Below, one piece after another: positions 1-11,888 of a stretch of 23,995 nt of DNA. Both the position numbers and the translations under genes were made by a program. Under the pieces are notes generated by a model. That model had not been told where the DNA came from and made no database searches. It saw nothing but the letters and a program-made list of their open reading frames with translations. The stretch covers positions 1-23,995 of the forward strand of contig VJWM01000389.1 in NCBI GenBank assembly GCA_010909165.1, given 5' to 3'. The DNA is from Anthoceros angustus. Its lineage: Eukaryota; Plantae; Anthocerotophyta. Positions within the stretch are counted from its first letter, which is position 1; every line of letters begins with the position of its first letter.

Positions 1-1440
1 ATAAAATTCATCTTAATCTTTTTAAAAGAGATAGAACATCTATTGCAACAAACTAAGAACTTACCGCTTTCCAAAAGCTCAAGAGGAAGCGTGTTTAGAT
101 ATTTTGCCTAAACTCTTTAAGATATTCCTGTACATGGTAAAGACTACTTATTAAACCAAGAAAGGATAGGCAATTTCAAGTATTCACTCATTCTTGCTTT
201 ACAAACCGAATCATCTATGATCTAGTTTTTAATTTTACCCAATATGGAAGAGATGGATTTATTTTACGCACGCCTCTTTACCACTTTACTGCCTCAAATG
301 GGATGCGGTGGAAGAAATTACATGGAAAATCTTGAATTCATTCAAGGCTCACTCCTAGGAGGAATAAATGGCTTTCTATCTCTTAACATTCAAGCCCACG
401 ACTTTACAATAAAATCTCACCTACCTTTTCGCTAAAGGGAAAGCTCTTTATCGTAAAGCACCCCAGCTTTTCAACTATGAAATGGCTACCTCTACAGATT
501 TAAAGATCTCCCACGTGAAAAAATTCTTAAAAAACATTATGCCGACCTTAGAAAGCTCTATCAACCAAAATTCTCTTGCTATGCTACTAATCTTTCTGGT
601 AGACTTAGTATACCCTCTCATTTCTAATCACTGTATGGACTAGAATACTTTGGAAAATTAAAGAGCCAGCCTTGAATTTTGAACTTCATAAAGAAATTTT
701 AATCGCATAGATAGAAATGAAAGACAAGCTTTTAGCACTGACAACCCCCACTTAGTGCTTTCTTGCGATGCTAAAACTTATGAGGAGATTAAAGCCAGAA
801 TTTTTATGGTCTTCTAGAGATGCACTTCATTCTTATGAACCTTGGAAGGAGACTTCATCCTCTCTCCGTCGCTTCTCAGGGACGCACGATTAGCGCCCGT
901 GGCTTTTATTAACAAAGTTTTCAACACAGTTCCTTATATTCATGAGTATGCGCCTGCTCTAAGCATTGCTGCCTTTTATTTGATAATTTAACTTTACATC
1001 CAAGCATTCGTGAACAAGGAGAGCCTATGGGGAGGGCTGTCAGCAATGCAATGTCTGGTAATTTCTATTTTTATTCATATCGTGATCCCCATTTTTAGTA
1101 CATTAAATGCATTTGAAGCCTCGATCAATCATATTCTTCAGTGAATTTGATGATGAGGATGTAGTCGAAGCTAAATTAGAAATGATTCAAGCAATGGACG
1201 CTCCTGTTTCTCCAGGAGCCGTGCCGATTTGGCATATAGCTGGCTAAGAGAAGGAAACTGCCAGCAAACCTTCCACCAAACTTTTAGCATTAACAAAAAA
1301 GAGATCATAGAGACGGGACTTTATTGCTTGCTAACTGGCAAAGGGAGCAACGATTGCTTTTGCAGGAAAAGAGCTTCTGGAAAAGAAACGCTTTATTAGC
1401 TGAGCATCATCGCTCTCTCTTGCAAATTGAGACAATTTAA
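1..1440 (+). CDS. Insulinase/M16C metallopeptidase (PreP/Cym1-like), C-terminal part; begins before the window; frameshifted
   Basis: C-terminal M16C motifs read across frameshifts: IREQG(G)AYG at ~1006-1030, FYSYRDP at ~1069-1090, MDAPVSP at ~1195-1215; ends ...LQIETI-stop at 1438-1440. Confidence 0.85.
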
Positions 1441-1471
1441 GGTTTTCTCTTTCTAGCATTTTCTATGTAGA

Positions 1472-1490
1472 TCGAGCATTAATAGCTCGA
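1472..1490 (+). terminator. Inverted repeat downstream of the peptidase, possible terminator
   Basis: TCGAGC-attaata-GCTCGA about 30 nt after the stop; no clear U-tract. Confidence 0.3.
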
Positions 1491-1884
1491 GGGATAACAA
1501 ACCTATTAAATCAAGATGAGCTCTAGCTAGTAAGTAAGGGGAACGCCTCGCTCGCTTATTATAAGCTACCTTAAACTCTTAGTAATTTTATCTGGGGAAA
1601 AGCTGAAAACTAAAGAAAAAGAATCAGCTTTCAAGCTTTTAATCTGATCGCTTAAATTTTAACTTTATTTCTTTTTAACTCTATTAGATGGGTGAGAGGT
1701 CTTAGCAGCTGTTTAAATCATTAGGCTTTGAAAAATTATAAATTCAAGAGGTGCGCCCGTATGATAACTATAAACTTCCTTTTATCACATACAAAAGCAG
1801 CTTTCCGCAAACATAGAATCATCTAGTCGAAAGAGTAGGATGTATAAGCATGCATAAATTTTAAGATTTTTTTCGTTCAAAGAT

Positions 1885-1997
1885 AATAGGCTTTTAAGCT
1901 ACTTTCTGCAGCCTGGTAATTTATAAAACCCCCTACTGTTAAGTAGAAAGACACCTTTCAGAGGGCTGGATATGTAGACTGTTTTTGAGCATATAAT
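1885..1997. repeat. Diverged copy of a ~110-bp dispersed repeat also found at ~21705-21820 (IS982 left-end region)
   Basis: ttataaaaccccctactgttaagtagaaagacacctttcagagggctggatatgtagactgtttttgagcatat aligns with ttataaaattccttttattaagtagagagacaactttcagaggttaggtatgcagacttagtttttaaagcgtat. Confidence 0.75.
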
Positions 1998-2000
1998 AAA

Positions 2001-2027
2001 AGCCTAGGTAGAGAATAACCCTAGACT
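2001..2027 (-). terminator. Likely rho-independent terminator of euo
   Basis: AGCCTAGG...CCTAGACT stem with an A-run on the + strand side (U-tract on -), about 30 nt after the euo stop. Confidence 0.45.
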
Positions 2028-2057
2028 TTTTAGAGCATAAATTTGAAAAGATGCAAA

Positions 2058-2483
2058 TTAAACAGCTTTTCGGATATTTTTTCTTCTTAAGAGCTGATTC
2101 GGCATACTGTTTCATGTCTTGTGCATGAATAACCCATGCTGCACCTTTACTGAGCTTTTTAACATACCTACAGGTGGCATAATAGATTTTGCGCTGGGAC
2201 GCTCAGCATCTTAGCTACCTGATTAACCGAATAGTATCCTTTATTATTATCAAACAACAACTCACCATTAAAGGTAGATTTAGAGCGCGAATACTTTTGC
2301 TTGCGATAAGCTTCCAGATCATCTAAATGGATCGTCCAACGGGTAGTCTCTTTACTAGCCTTCAATTTATTTAATTTAATGGCCACATAGATAGCTTGGC
2401 GTATTGCTTTTGTTAAGTTTGGCGGCTTCGGTAATTGAAACCAACTTATTTTCAAACTTCTGATTATCCTTAGGTTTGGTCAT
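2058..2483 (-). CDS. euo: EUO (early upstream ORF), chlamydial HTH repressor of late genes
   Basis: MTKPKDNQKFENKLVSITEAAKL / RQAIYVAIKLNKLKASKETTRW / YRKQKYSRSKSTFNGELLFDNNKGYYSVNQVAKML / KGAAWVIH is the EUO double-HTH signature; ORF track 2168-2455 covers the core. Confidence 0.93.
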
Positions 2484-2825
2484 GGTTTTAATCTCAAAAT
2501 TTTCTGTTTAATAATTTGTGGTAAATATATTTTATGATATTTTTTCAGTCTTGCGACATCTGTGCCACATCTTAACAATTTAAGATGCTTGGCTCACATT
2601 TTCAGAGACTTATATTTTATTGTTTTCTAAAAAGGCCTTAAAATTCTTTAACTTAGGTAATAGTATTGCATAAAAGAATTGAAATCAAGCTTTTCTTTAT
2701 ATGAAATTTTAAATTTTTTATTAGCTATTTACCTTCTGTCAATTGATGTTCAAGGCGTTAAAACCAATATAGAAATAAAGAAGACAAAGCCTTTATATAA
2801 TGAGTTTTAGATTTTTATCAGAGAA

Positions 2826-4730
2826 ATGGATGTCTGGGGTTAAAAAGACCATATTTTGTTATTATATTTTGCTGACCTCTTTCCTCTCTGTAGCAGAAGG
2901 CAAGCTGCCCAGTTAACTCCTGCTATACTTCTATCTACAAGCTGAATGAAATTATGAAAACACATGCTTCTCATAAAGGGCTTACACCTGTCCTCATTGG
3001 AAAGAACTTTAAATAGTACCTCAAATACTCGATCCTAATAAAAGTTATTTCATTGAACCTGATATCGCTCAACACACCTTCTAGCCTTTACTCGATCAGA
3101 TTCTGCAGGATTATCATCGAAATAATTTTAGCCAATTTGAGCAAATTCACCAGATCATGATTCAAACATTAAACGTCGTCAGACATTGGAAGAAAAATTG
3201 ATATAAGCAACCTTCCCAAGTGCGAACAGATGAATTTAAAGGATGAAATGGACTCTTACTGAAAAGAGCTTTTAGCTAGGTTAGAAAGGATAAAAGCTTT
3301 GCAAATAGAGGCTGGAAAAACTAACCCCCGATCAAAAGGTAAAACCCTTAAACGCATCCAGAAACGCCAAGCAAAATATGAAGAGGATATTCTAGTCTGA
3401 CAAACTCTTTAAAACGAGCAATTCCTACTAGCTAATATTTAAAGCGACCGCTTCTGCTTAGATAACCAGCATGCCTATTTACACCTGATGAGGCCGCCCA
3501 GTTCATGATTCATGTGCAACAACGTCTTTTGGATTGGAGCCCAACTAAGAGATGATCTGAATGGTTTTAGTATTATTAAAATCATTGAAGGAGGTCCCGC
3601 AGCAGAAAACAAAATGCTTAAAATTAAAGATCGCATCATCGCTGTAAATGGTGAATCTGTGGTGGGCCTAGACATTACGGATGCTGTAGAGCTCATTCGT
3701 GGAGAAGAAAACAGCCCTGTAACTTTAACAGTGATGATGAGAAGTACCTGAAAATGAGAATAAGATAAAGAAGAAAAAATTGGATGTAACGCTTAATCGC
3801 GGAGAAGTGGTTCTTAAAGACACGCGTTATGAATCTTCTTACGAGCCATTTGGGGATGGAGCCATCGCCTATCTAAAGCCTCTACTCATTCTATCAAGAC
3901 CCGGAAAGCTCATCAGGTGATGATTTAGCTGAGGCACTTAAAAAATTAGAGAGAGCAGCATGTCAAGGGTGATTCTTGATTTGCGCTTTAATTCAGGTGG
4001 TCTGCTTTCCCAAGCAGTTGAGGTTACTAGCCTTTTTATTACAAAGGAATTGTGGTTTCTATCAAAGACGATACAGGTAAAATCCAGCATTTGAGCATTA
4101 GAAGGACGTAGCGTTTGGGAAGGTCCTTTAGTGGTCCTAACCAATCGAGCAAGTGCTTCTGCCTCTGAAATTGTGGCCGGCACTTTGCAAGATTATGGAC
4201 GCGCTATGATCGTAGGAGATGATCATACTTTCGGAAAAGGTTCTTTTCAAACCTTTACTCTAACACCACCATTCAAAACCATGCAGTCAATCCTCAGGGT
4301 GAGTACAAAGTTACACGAGGCCGCTACTACACAGTATCGGGCGCACCCTCAATTGACCGGAGTCACCTCAGATATTGTAATCCCTGGGCCTTTAGCGGAA
4401 ATGAATTAGGAGAACAGTATGCAAGAAATACACTTTAGAAAACGATCAAATAAATCTAACTTTCATGATGATCTTGCTGATATCCCTTTTTCAAAGAATA
4501 CGTATGTTTTTATAGTTATGACCTACAACCTCGCCTAAAACACCTATCAACCTTATGGAACAACTCCAGAAAAAAATGCTACTTATCGCATCGAAAAAAA
4601 TCCTAATTATCAAAATTTTGAAGGAATTAAAAAGAAAGAAATTGCAGATGAGGAAAAAGTAGCAAATTTGGCCAAATGACTTACAATTGACAGAGGCTTA
4701 TAATGTATGAAAGATGTATACATGCAATAA
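2826..4730 (+). CDS. tsp: Tail-specific protease, S41 family with PDZ domain; frameshifted
   Basis: N-terminal hydrophobic signal; PDZ segment GIGAQLRDD...GGPA...DRIIAVNG (ORF 3512-3751); [10 protein letters not shown] at ~3978-4007; catalytic [17 protein letters not shown]...TFGKGS (ORF 4131-4409); DLQLTEAYN near the end. Confidence 0.93.
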
Positions 4731-4938
4731 ACTTTTAAACAATTTAAAATAATTGAATTGCTTCCGAGCTCCAGCTTAAAGTGTGCAGTTTTATTAAGTT
4801 TAACAATTTTTAATGGGCATCTAGAAGGTGTATCCTTCATCTTCCTCTATTTCGTTCATCTAGTTTCCCTTTGAATTCTATGGGCCAACTCAAGGAAAAT
4901 AATCTTTCGATCGTAGATTAACTATAAGGATTTTAGAA

Positions 4939-6427
4939 ATGACTGTTCATTATTATGCTCCCTCCTACAGGCGATCCCCACATTGGAACCAAGCCTATGG
5001 CGCACTTTTAACCTCATCTATGCCCCGCCATCATCAAGGAAAATTTATTTTACGTATTGAAGATACTGATCGTTCACGTAGCCGTCCTGAATATGAGCAA
5101 AACATTTATAGCAGCCTACAATGGTGCAATATTCAATGGGATGAAGGCCTGATGTAGGAGGTCCTTATGGTCCTTACCGTCAATCTGAGCGTTTTGAAAT
5201 TTATAAAAATATGCCTATGAGCTTGTCGACAAGGGTCGAGCTTATAAATGCTTTTGCACGCCAACAGACTTAGAAGAAATGCGTGAATTAGCAACTAGGA
5301 TTAGGCGGCCGGCAAGGTTACGATCGCCGGTGCCGAAATTTAAGCGGAAGAAATCCATCAGCGTGAAACACAAAACCTTCCCTATATTTATCCGTCTCAA
5401 AATGCCTTTAACGGGAGAATGTGTATGAAGATCATATCAAAGAGCCGTATCACTTGTCCGTGGGCCGATATTGATGATCGTTCTTCTAAATCTGATGGAT
5501 TTCCTACTTATCACTTAGCAAACGTGGTTGATGATTATCTTATGAAATTACCTATGTAATCCAGGGGTGATGAGTGGATGAGTTCTACTCCTAAACATAT
5601 TTATCTATATGAGCTTTTGGCTGGGCATCACCTACTTTTATGCATATATGCCTTTATTGTTAGGAAGAGATGGAAAAAGTTATCTAAGCGTAGGAATCCT
5701 ACCTCTATCTTTTATTACCGGGATTCTGGTTATCTAGCAGAAGCTTTGTGTTAACTTCATGACATTGATGGGCTATAGCATGCCTGGTGATAAAGAGATC
5801 TATGCTCTAAAACGAAATTATTCAAGAATTTGATTATAAACGCATTGGTGTTTCTGGAGCCATATTCGACGTGCAAAAGCTGGCCTGGATCAACCAACAG
5901 TATCTTATAAAGAATATCCCCGAGAACAAGCTATGGGAAGATTACGTCAATGGAATTTTAGTGATGAATATATGCAAAAATTAATGCCCTTATGTCATTC
6001 ACGTATTAAGACTTTCAAGCGAATTTATGGAATTATATGATTTTTTCTTTATTAATCATCTCAAATACACACCGAGATTTTTACTGTTAAAGGAATCGCT
6101 TATCAACAAACTCCTCTGATTTTACAGGGGATGATGGCATATGGACGAAAATGAAAATTGGGGAGTACAGGAATAAACCAGGCTTCAAGGAGTATGGCAG
6201 AACTATTGGTGTAAACCATAAGAAACCATTATGCCTCTTTTATTTTACAAGCTAATGGGAAAATTACAAGGTCCTCCTTTATTTGATTCTGCCGCTATAT
6301 TGGGAAAAGATCACTTACATTATAGATTTTTAGAATCCATTGAATTTTAGTGGTATTTCTAATAAAAAATGGATGCATTAAAAAGCCTGGCAGCAAAAAA
6401 GATGCTGACATCTTATTGCCTGAGTAG
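4939..6427 (+). CDS. gltX: Glutamate--tRNA ligase; frameshifted
   Basis: [11 protein letters not shown] (HIGH-like), [41 protein letters not shown] (KMSKS-like), GPPLFDS. Confidence 0.97.
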
Positions 6428-6470
6428 TTAAAAGAGAACTCCAACCAGCTATTAGCCAATGAGGGAAACT

Positions 6471-7488
6471 ATGCAATTAGAATTTATGAACATGTTTCAT
6501 TCCTATCTTATCCTTTACCATGGATGGGACTTATAAATGGATCCTGGAAGCAATAGGAATTGTATTGCTCGTTTTAATTATTAATTTCTTTCAAACGCGG
6601 CTTAGAGAAGCTACATCTCTATTTTGAAAGAACTAATCAAATTTGGAAAGATAGCTTTGTTCAATCTTTTTATCGCCCATGCTTATATATAGTGCTTTAT
6701 ATATCCAGGGACTATTTTTCCAACCTGCCTAAAGTTCTTTCTATTGGCCTTGTTTCAGCCATCGCCTGGTTTCTTGCGCTGGAAAAAGCCATTATTTTCA
6801 ATATGCATTTGCAAAGCCTCAAGCATGATCAGCCTATCGATTCGGGAAAAATTGATGTCATTAATAAAATGTGGACCATCATCATTTTATTTCTTACAGC
6901 TCTATCGGTATTAGAAATAACAGGCCAGAATATTAACACGTTAATTGCCTTTGGAGGTCAGCGGCCTTGCAATTGCTTTTCTTCCCAAGAAATGATCGCT
7001 AACTTTTTGGCGGTTTAATGGTTTACCCAACCTTTTACGGTGGGACTGGATTAACCTGCCTGAGCGCAAGGTGGAAGGAAATGTAGAGGAAATTGGTTGG
7101 TATACGTGTACGTACCTTGAAAAGCGCCTATCTATATTCCAAATTCTATGTTTTCCAAAGTGGTCGTGATGAACCCAGCTAGAATGAGCCATCGCAAATT
7201 TGATGAGATAATTGAATTCGCTACAGTGATATGCCTGTCGCTCGGCATATCATCAGTGATATAACAACAATGCTTGTTGACCATTTCCACGTCGATAGAA
7301 GGTTAGGCCCGACGGTTAATTTAGAGGGCTTTGGCAGCTATGGTTACATTTCCGCTTATTTATTAGATATCGATCATAGAAGCTACATTCAAGCGAAGCA
7401 AAATCCTATTTTCTATCTACAATATTTTAAATAAGCATGGTGCAGAAATTGCCTCCCAACTTCGCTTCAGCTTTATAAGGAAGTATAG
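6471..7488 (+). CDS. Small-conductance mechanosensitive channel, MscS/YnaI-like; frameshifted
   Basis: Several TM segments, LIAFGG, QEMIANF, PFTVGDWI...EGNVEEIGWY, YIPNSMFSKVVVMNPARMSHR, HGAEIA near the C-terminus. Confidence 0.9.
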
Positions 7489-7941
7489 GGGCTTTGTTTT
7501 CAAAAGGGAGAGTAGTCCCCAGTTAGCGTTTAAGAAATATTTCCATGAATAAAACCTGGCGGGTTAACTAATAAGGCCTCAATATATTATCCCCATCAAC
7601 AAATTGATTTTAATTTAGTCTTTGCCATAACGATAAAAGAGACGCTATTCAATAACCCTTCAAGGCTTTCAGACCATCTATCCTAGGGAGCCTGAGCTGA
7701 CCAATCAGCGGATAGAGTTCATTGAGGATATTAAAATGGCAAATTGAGCGATTCATAGAAAACTAATCAAGCTGAATAGACTATTTTAAAATTAAACCGC
7801 CCGTTCAGATTTCTTAAAAATTTCATGCAATATCAAAGCCTGCTTTAAAGATAGAGAAGGCAAATAAATGTGTTTATATAGATCTCATAAATTTATATTG
7901 ATTTAAATCACAAACTTAAATAAGTATGAAGGTATTGTCTG

Positions 7942-8055
7942 TACCTAATACGTAGATAAAGTAAAGGTTAATATTTATTATCAATCTAGGAGTTTTTATA
8001 CCCAATATGTAAATAAAATAACGGTTAATATTTATTATCAATCTAGGAGTTTTAT
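7942..8055. repeat. 57-bp tandem duplication (2 copies) containing the RBS of the downstream ORF
   Basis: Units 7942-7998 and 7999-8055 share an identical 31-bp core ggttaatatttattatcaatctaggagtttt at 7966-7996 and 8023-8053; the second copy is followed by ATG at 8054. Confidence 0.9.
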
Positions 8056-9162
8056 GATCCCTTTTGATCCAAAAGCCAGTTTAGAAAACGATTTTAATAT
8101 TAGTTCCCGAACATGCTTTCAATGCTTTAGTAAACCAAGTAAATGAACAGCAAAAAGCAATTGAGCAGCAAGCCGAGGTGCTTAATGAAAGAATTGACAG
8201 TATTTTCCAAGAATTTCAAGCAACTAGAACAAATTTTAATTAAAAACCAGCAGCTAGAAGAATTAGTTAGAGAACGAAAAGAACTTAGAGAAGAAAATCG
8301 CCTGCATGCCGGTAGAATTATAAATTTTAACATCTGAAAAAAGCTCTGCAAAAGATAAAGATGAGTTAAGAGGACAACTGGATCTTACTGAGAATGAAAG
8401 AGACCAAGCTATCAATAAAGGCAAAGAAATAGAAAAGAAAATAAAATTTTAAAAATACAAAAGAGGAACTTATCCAAAAAATAGCAAATTAGAAGATATT
8501 AACTCTGTGCATGAAGGTGCAGCGCAAGCTTCTTCAGTAATAATTCAAATGCTGAAAGACCATGGAGCCCAGCTTTTATTTAAGAATCAAGAACTTGAAG
8601 TGCGAAATCGGAAAGGGTGAAGCTGAAGGCTGGCAAAGACAACGAAATGATTCTCTTCACTCTCTTCTACGCAAGAAAAGGATTTAAAGGAAAGAATAAA
8701 ATTTATTAAGCCTGCAGCTTCAGCAAAAAAACCTAATGAGGAAGAGGAGATACTAAAATTAATGAGAGGCAGGGAATAAAATTGAATGCCCCTACCTCCT
8801 TATCTGAAGCAGTGGCGCAATTGTTTGACATTCACCGAGGATTAATTGAAAGAATAAAGAATTACAAACAACTGTGATTCGTATTGAGGAGGATATTGGG
8901 GTGTAGAAAAGGCAAAAGTTGTGATGGCATTTTAACAGCTATCAACAACTACATTCACATCTAATACAAGCTTAAAGGAATTAGGAGACAAGCTTGTTGC
9001 CAACAAGCTTTTGCAAGCCATACACTCTAACGAGTTTTAGAAAGTTAAACGCTCTTTAAACGATTACCTTAGATTCAAAAATCAACCTATCTTTGTAAGG
9101 AATTAGGAATAAAATCTGATTCTAATCTAGAAACAATTATAAAGAAATGCAGGAAAAAGTAA
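8054..9162 (+). CDS. Hypothetical coiled-coil protein; frameshifted
   Basis: AGGAG RBS then ATG (MIPFDPKASLENDF...); long E/K/Q/L-rich helical stretches (ORF 8143-8337 and the following purine-rich codons); hairpin right after the stop. Confidence 0.65.
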
Positions 9163-9197
9163 GCCATAAAGAGCGGTATAAGCGCTCATTTTATGGC
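9163..9197 (+). terminator. Hairpin terminator after the first coiled-coil ORF
   Basis: GCCATAAA-GAGCG...CGCTC-a-TTTTATGGC inverted repeat immediately after TAA. Confidence 0.6.
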
Positions 9198-9401
9198 AGA
9201 TTAAATAGATCGACACTTTGCCTTTTATCCTTAGATTTACTAACATATTATAAACATATTAATGGAGTTAATTTATTATCTTTAATAAACCAAATTTACA
9301 TACACACGCTTATTGATTGAATGTAAATATGATTCAGGAAATAAGCTTGCTAACTTTTATAAAAAGAATAAATCTTAAAATTTAAAGTAAGGTTTAACGA
9401 T

Positions 9402-10341
9402 ATGACAGTTGAAAAAATTTATCCGTTCTATACAAGGGCGTTCTTTTAAATCCCTTGAAGCCAGATTAGAGTGGTTACTGCAAAATTAGCGCAATGTGAA
9501 CAGGATTCGCTTGTTCAGAAATGTAATAGACCAGATATTTGTATGGAACTCAAACAAATAGAGGCGGAACGTCTGCCGCCGAGAGTAACATTGTTCATTT
9601 ACAATTGAATGAATTAGAAGATGACTTTGGGCAACTTCGAGAAGAATATCAACAACTTTTATAGAAAACAAGAAATTATTAGAAGATTTTCCGCTTTAAA
9701 TATAGTCTTCTCTGGACTGAGGGTTGAACAGTGTCAACTTAAAAGACTTTGAATTAATAAGCCAAAAGCAGGCAGATTTAATGGAAGCCTTTAAAGCTAC
9801 AAGCAAAGCTCAAGAGCGAATAAACCAAGAGCTAGAAGAAATAGAACAAATGCAACAGCAAATCAGGCAGGAGCAAGAGAGAATAGAGGAAAATCAGAAA
9901 GAATAAGGCGTGATCAAAATTTTTTCAGAAAGGAGGTGGCCAATTTAAACCAAAGCTTTAAAGAAATGAGAGCACAAATGTTGATACTCTGATAGAAAAT
10001 TTTATCCTATCCAGACTGATGAAAATTTAACTGACGAAGAACTAGCTGAAAAAGCTGCCATTAGATAATAGAGCTCATTACTCAAAATTTCATAAGTTGC
10101 AGAGATAGAGCAAGAATATCAAGAAGGAGGCATTGGACTTGCTAAACGTTTACCAAGTAGAATGGCCAACAAGCCTATCCATCCGCCATCAAAGATGAAA
10201 GCCCTGAAAACCAGCAGCTGGCTCTTGAAAATATGAGGAAATCCCTTACCTACCCAAGTCAGCAGGATGGGCAAACCCTTCAAAACTTTTTTTATTCAAG
10301 CAAGGTTACAATTCACAACTCAAGCATACCTTAAAAACTAA
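9402..10341 (+). CDS. Hypothetical coiled-coil protein; frameshifted
   Basis: Start MTVEKIYP at 9402; ORF 9724-9906 reads QERINQELEEIEQMQQQIRQEQERIEENQ with a heptad pattern; helical C-terminal part. Confidence 0.65.
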
Positions 10342-10696
10342 TGATTTTGCCTGCAATCTTCGTTTTGATTGCTATAGCTCAACTAGCTTAGCTTAGCTTT
10401 TGTATATTTTACTGGGATGGTGTAATCCAGGATAAGAAGAATAAAATTCTATTTTATTTCTCCGAGGAAAGCGCGGAAAATTAATTCTAGCTCCTCATAG
10501 AGCCCTCTTACCTATGCTGGTATGCTACTAACGACTCTATCTAGCTTCCCTTTTCTTAAGTCGAAAGGTCATTAGCACTTTACTCATATAGTTTTTAATT
10601 TATTCAACTGTTTATCTCTAGTTTTAGCTTCAAAGCTTGCACTGTTCCACTTAGAAATCAGCCTTGTTTAGGTAAGAGGAAAAAAAAGCTGCCTGT

Positions 10697-11317
10697 TTAT
10701 TTATCTGACTTATAAAAACTTTTGAATGTCGGATTAACATCTGATCCTAAATCATTGGCAGGATAGACTCTTGATTTTTATAACAAAACATTTAAGACAA
10801 TCAAATGTATCTTTTATGAATCCATCCACAGCTCTATTAAAACCTATCTTCTTTAACCTTCCAATCAGTTTAAGCACCGCTATAACTCAACCTATAACTA
10901 AAGGGTAGTAAAAGTGTAGATCCTTTGAAATTGAGGAATCATAATTTTATCGTCAATAGACCTGGAGGCAGATGCTTTGAAAGAAGGCCACTGTAGAAAA
11001 AAGTCCCATCCCAAACAACTCTGGGATTTCAAAAAGTCATTAAAGCAGGCGTCATCCTCTAAAATAATCAACTCGGGTATTTTGTTCTTCTCAATGTGGA
11101 GCCAAAGATGCATATGCGAGAGCATCCTATAGTCCTCGATGTTCATTAAAATCTTTTATGAACAGCTGTTGAACTCTGCGGCAAGTGCTTTCGTCGTTGC
11201 GACCATCGACTGCTTCCCAATAGCAGAATAATCAGTGATACCCATTTCCTTCTTTAACCAAGCTATCCATCATTCGGGATAGCGTTTCAGATTAATAACG
11301 CGCTGGAGGTATTTCAT
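10697..11317 (-). CDS. Glycosyltransferase family 25 (LgtB/Lex2B-like); frameshifted
   Basis: N-terminal VINLKR, EAVDGR, SHMHLW...IILEDDA (ORF 10898-11146), SYRLSYSGA, AVDGF and a late GSDV match the GT25 motif order. Confidence 0.85.
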
Positions 11318-11888
11318 GTAATGCCTCTTTTAAAAGTTAAAAACTGCACTAATATTGCAGATTGCCTAGGAGATAATTCCCAAGCTTTCATCTTTTATTA
11401 ATCCATTCTTGTCAATTTATTAATTATTTTCGTCTAGAATATTTTTTCCGGAATACAATGTTAAAATAGATTAATCCTTAAAAAGCCTTTTCGTCTCGAA
11501 ATGTCATCGCCTTAAGATAAAAGCATAATAGTTTTCTAGCCAACTTACAGCATTTAAAGAAGCGCTACTTGCCTTTTTAAATAGGAAGCATAAATTTTTT
11601 TAGGAGCTGCCAGACATGACTGAAAATAACGTTGATTATCCTTCCTTACCTCTTAAAAATCTTTATAAAATATTAATTTTAAATTGATAGTAGTTTTCTT
11701 TGAAGAGCTTTAGCATTTTACTGTCAAAATATCAGCTAAACTTATTTTTAGAGTTCAGCTGTTGTTTACTCCTATCTACCAAAAATCTTAAGAAAACCTA
11801 GTGATTATTTTAACTAGTTTTAAGCGATTTTATTGATAAAAAAAGGAGCAGATAGGCTAAAATAATGGAAATTTAAATTGTTCAACGC

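Noticed and set aside
1751-1791. GTGCGCCCG resembling a group II intron 5' end, followed by a weak hairpin
   Set aside because: No domain V/VI motif or reverse transcriptase nearby; a 9-bp match can arise by chance.
2484-2825. Sigma28-type promoter upstream of tsp, as in C. trachomatis
   Set aside because: TAAAG occurs near 2776, but I see no properly spaced CGA-type -10 element; the region is too AT-rich and error-prone to call.
3475-4840. Minus-strand ORFs 3475-3696, 3938-4183 and 4610-4840
   Set aside because: Antisense shadows of tsp with no recognisable motifs.
4731-4938. Small omcA-like Cys-rich gene between tsp and gltX
   Set aside because: The gap is short and has no Cys-rich lipoprotein-like frame.
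7942-8055. 31-bp direct repeats as a mini-CRISPR
   Set aside because: Only two copies, the intervening parts are similar to each other (tandem duplication), and there are no cas genes.
6941-9671. Minus-strand ORFs 6941-7192, 8127-8351 and 9486-9671
   Set aside because: Antisense to the MscS gene or the coiled-coil genes.
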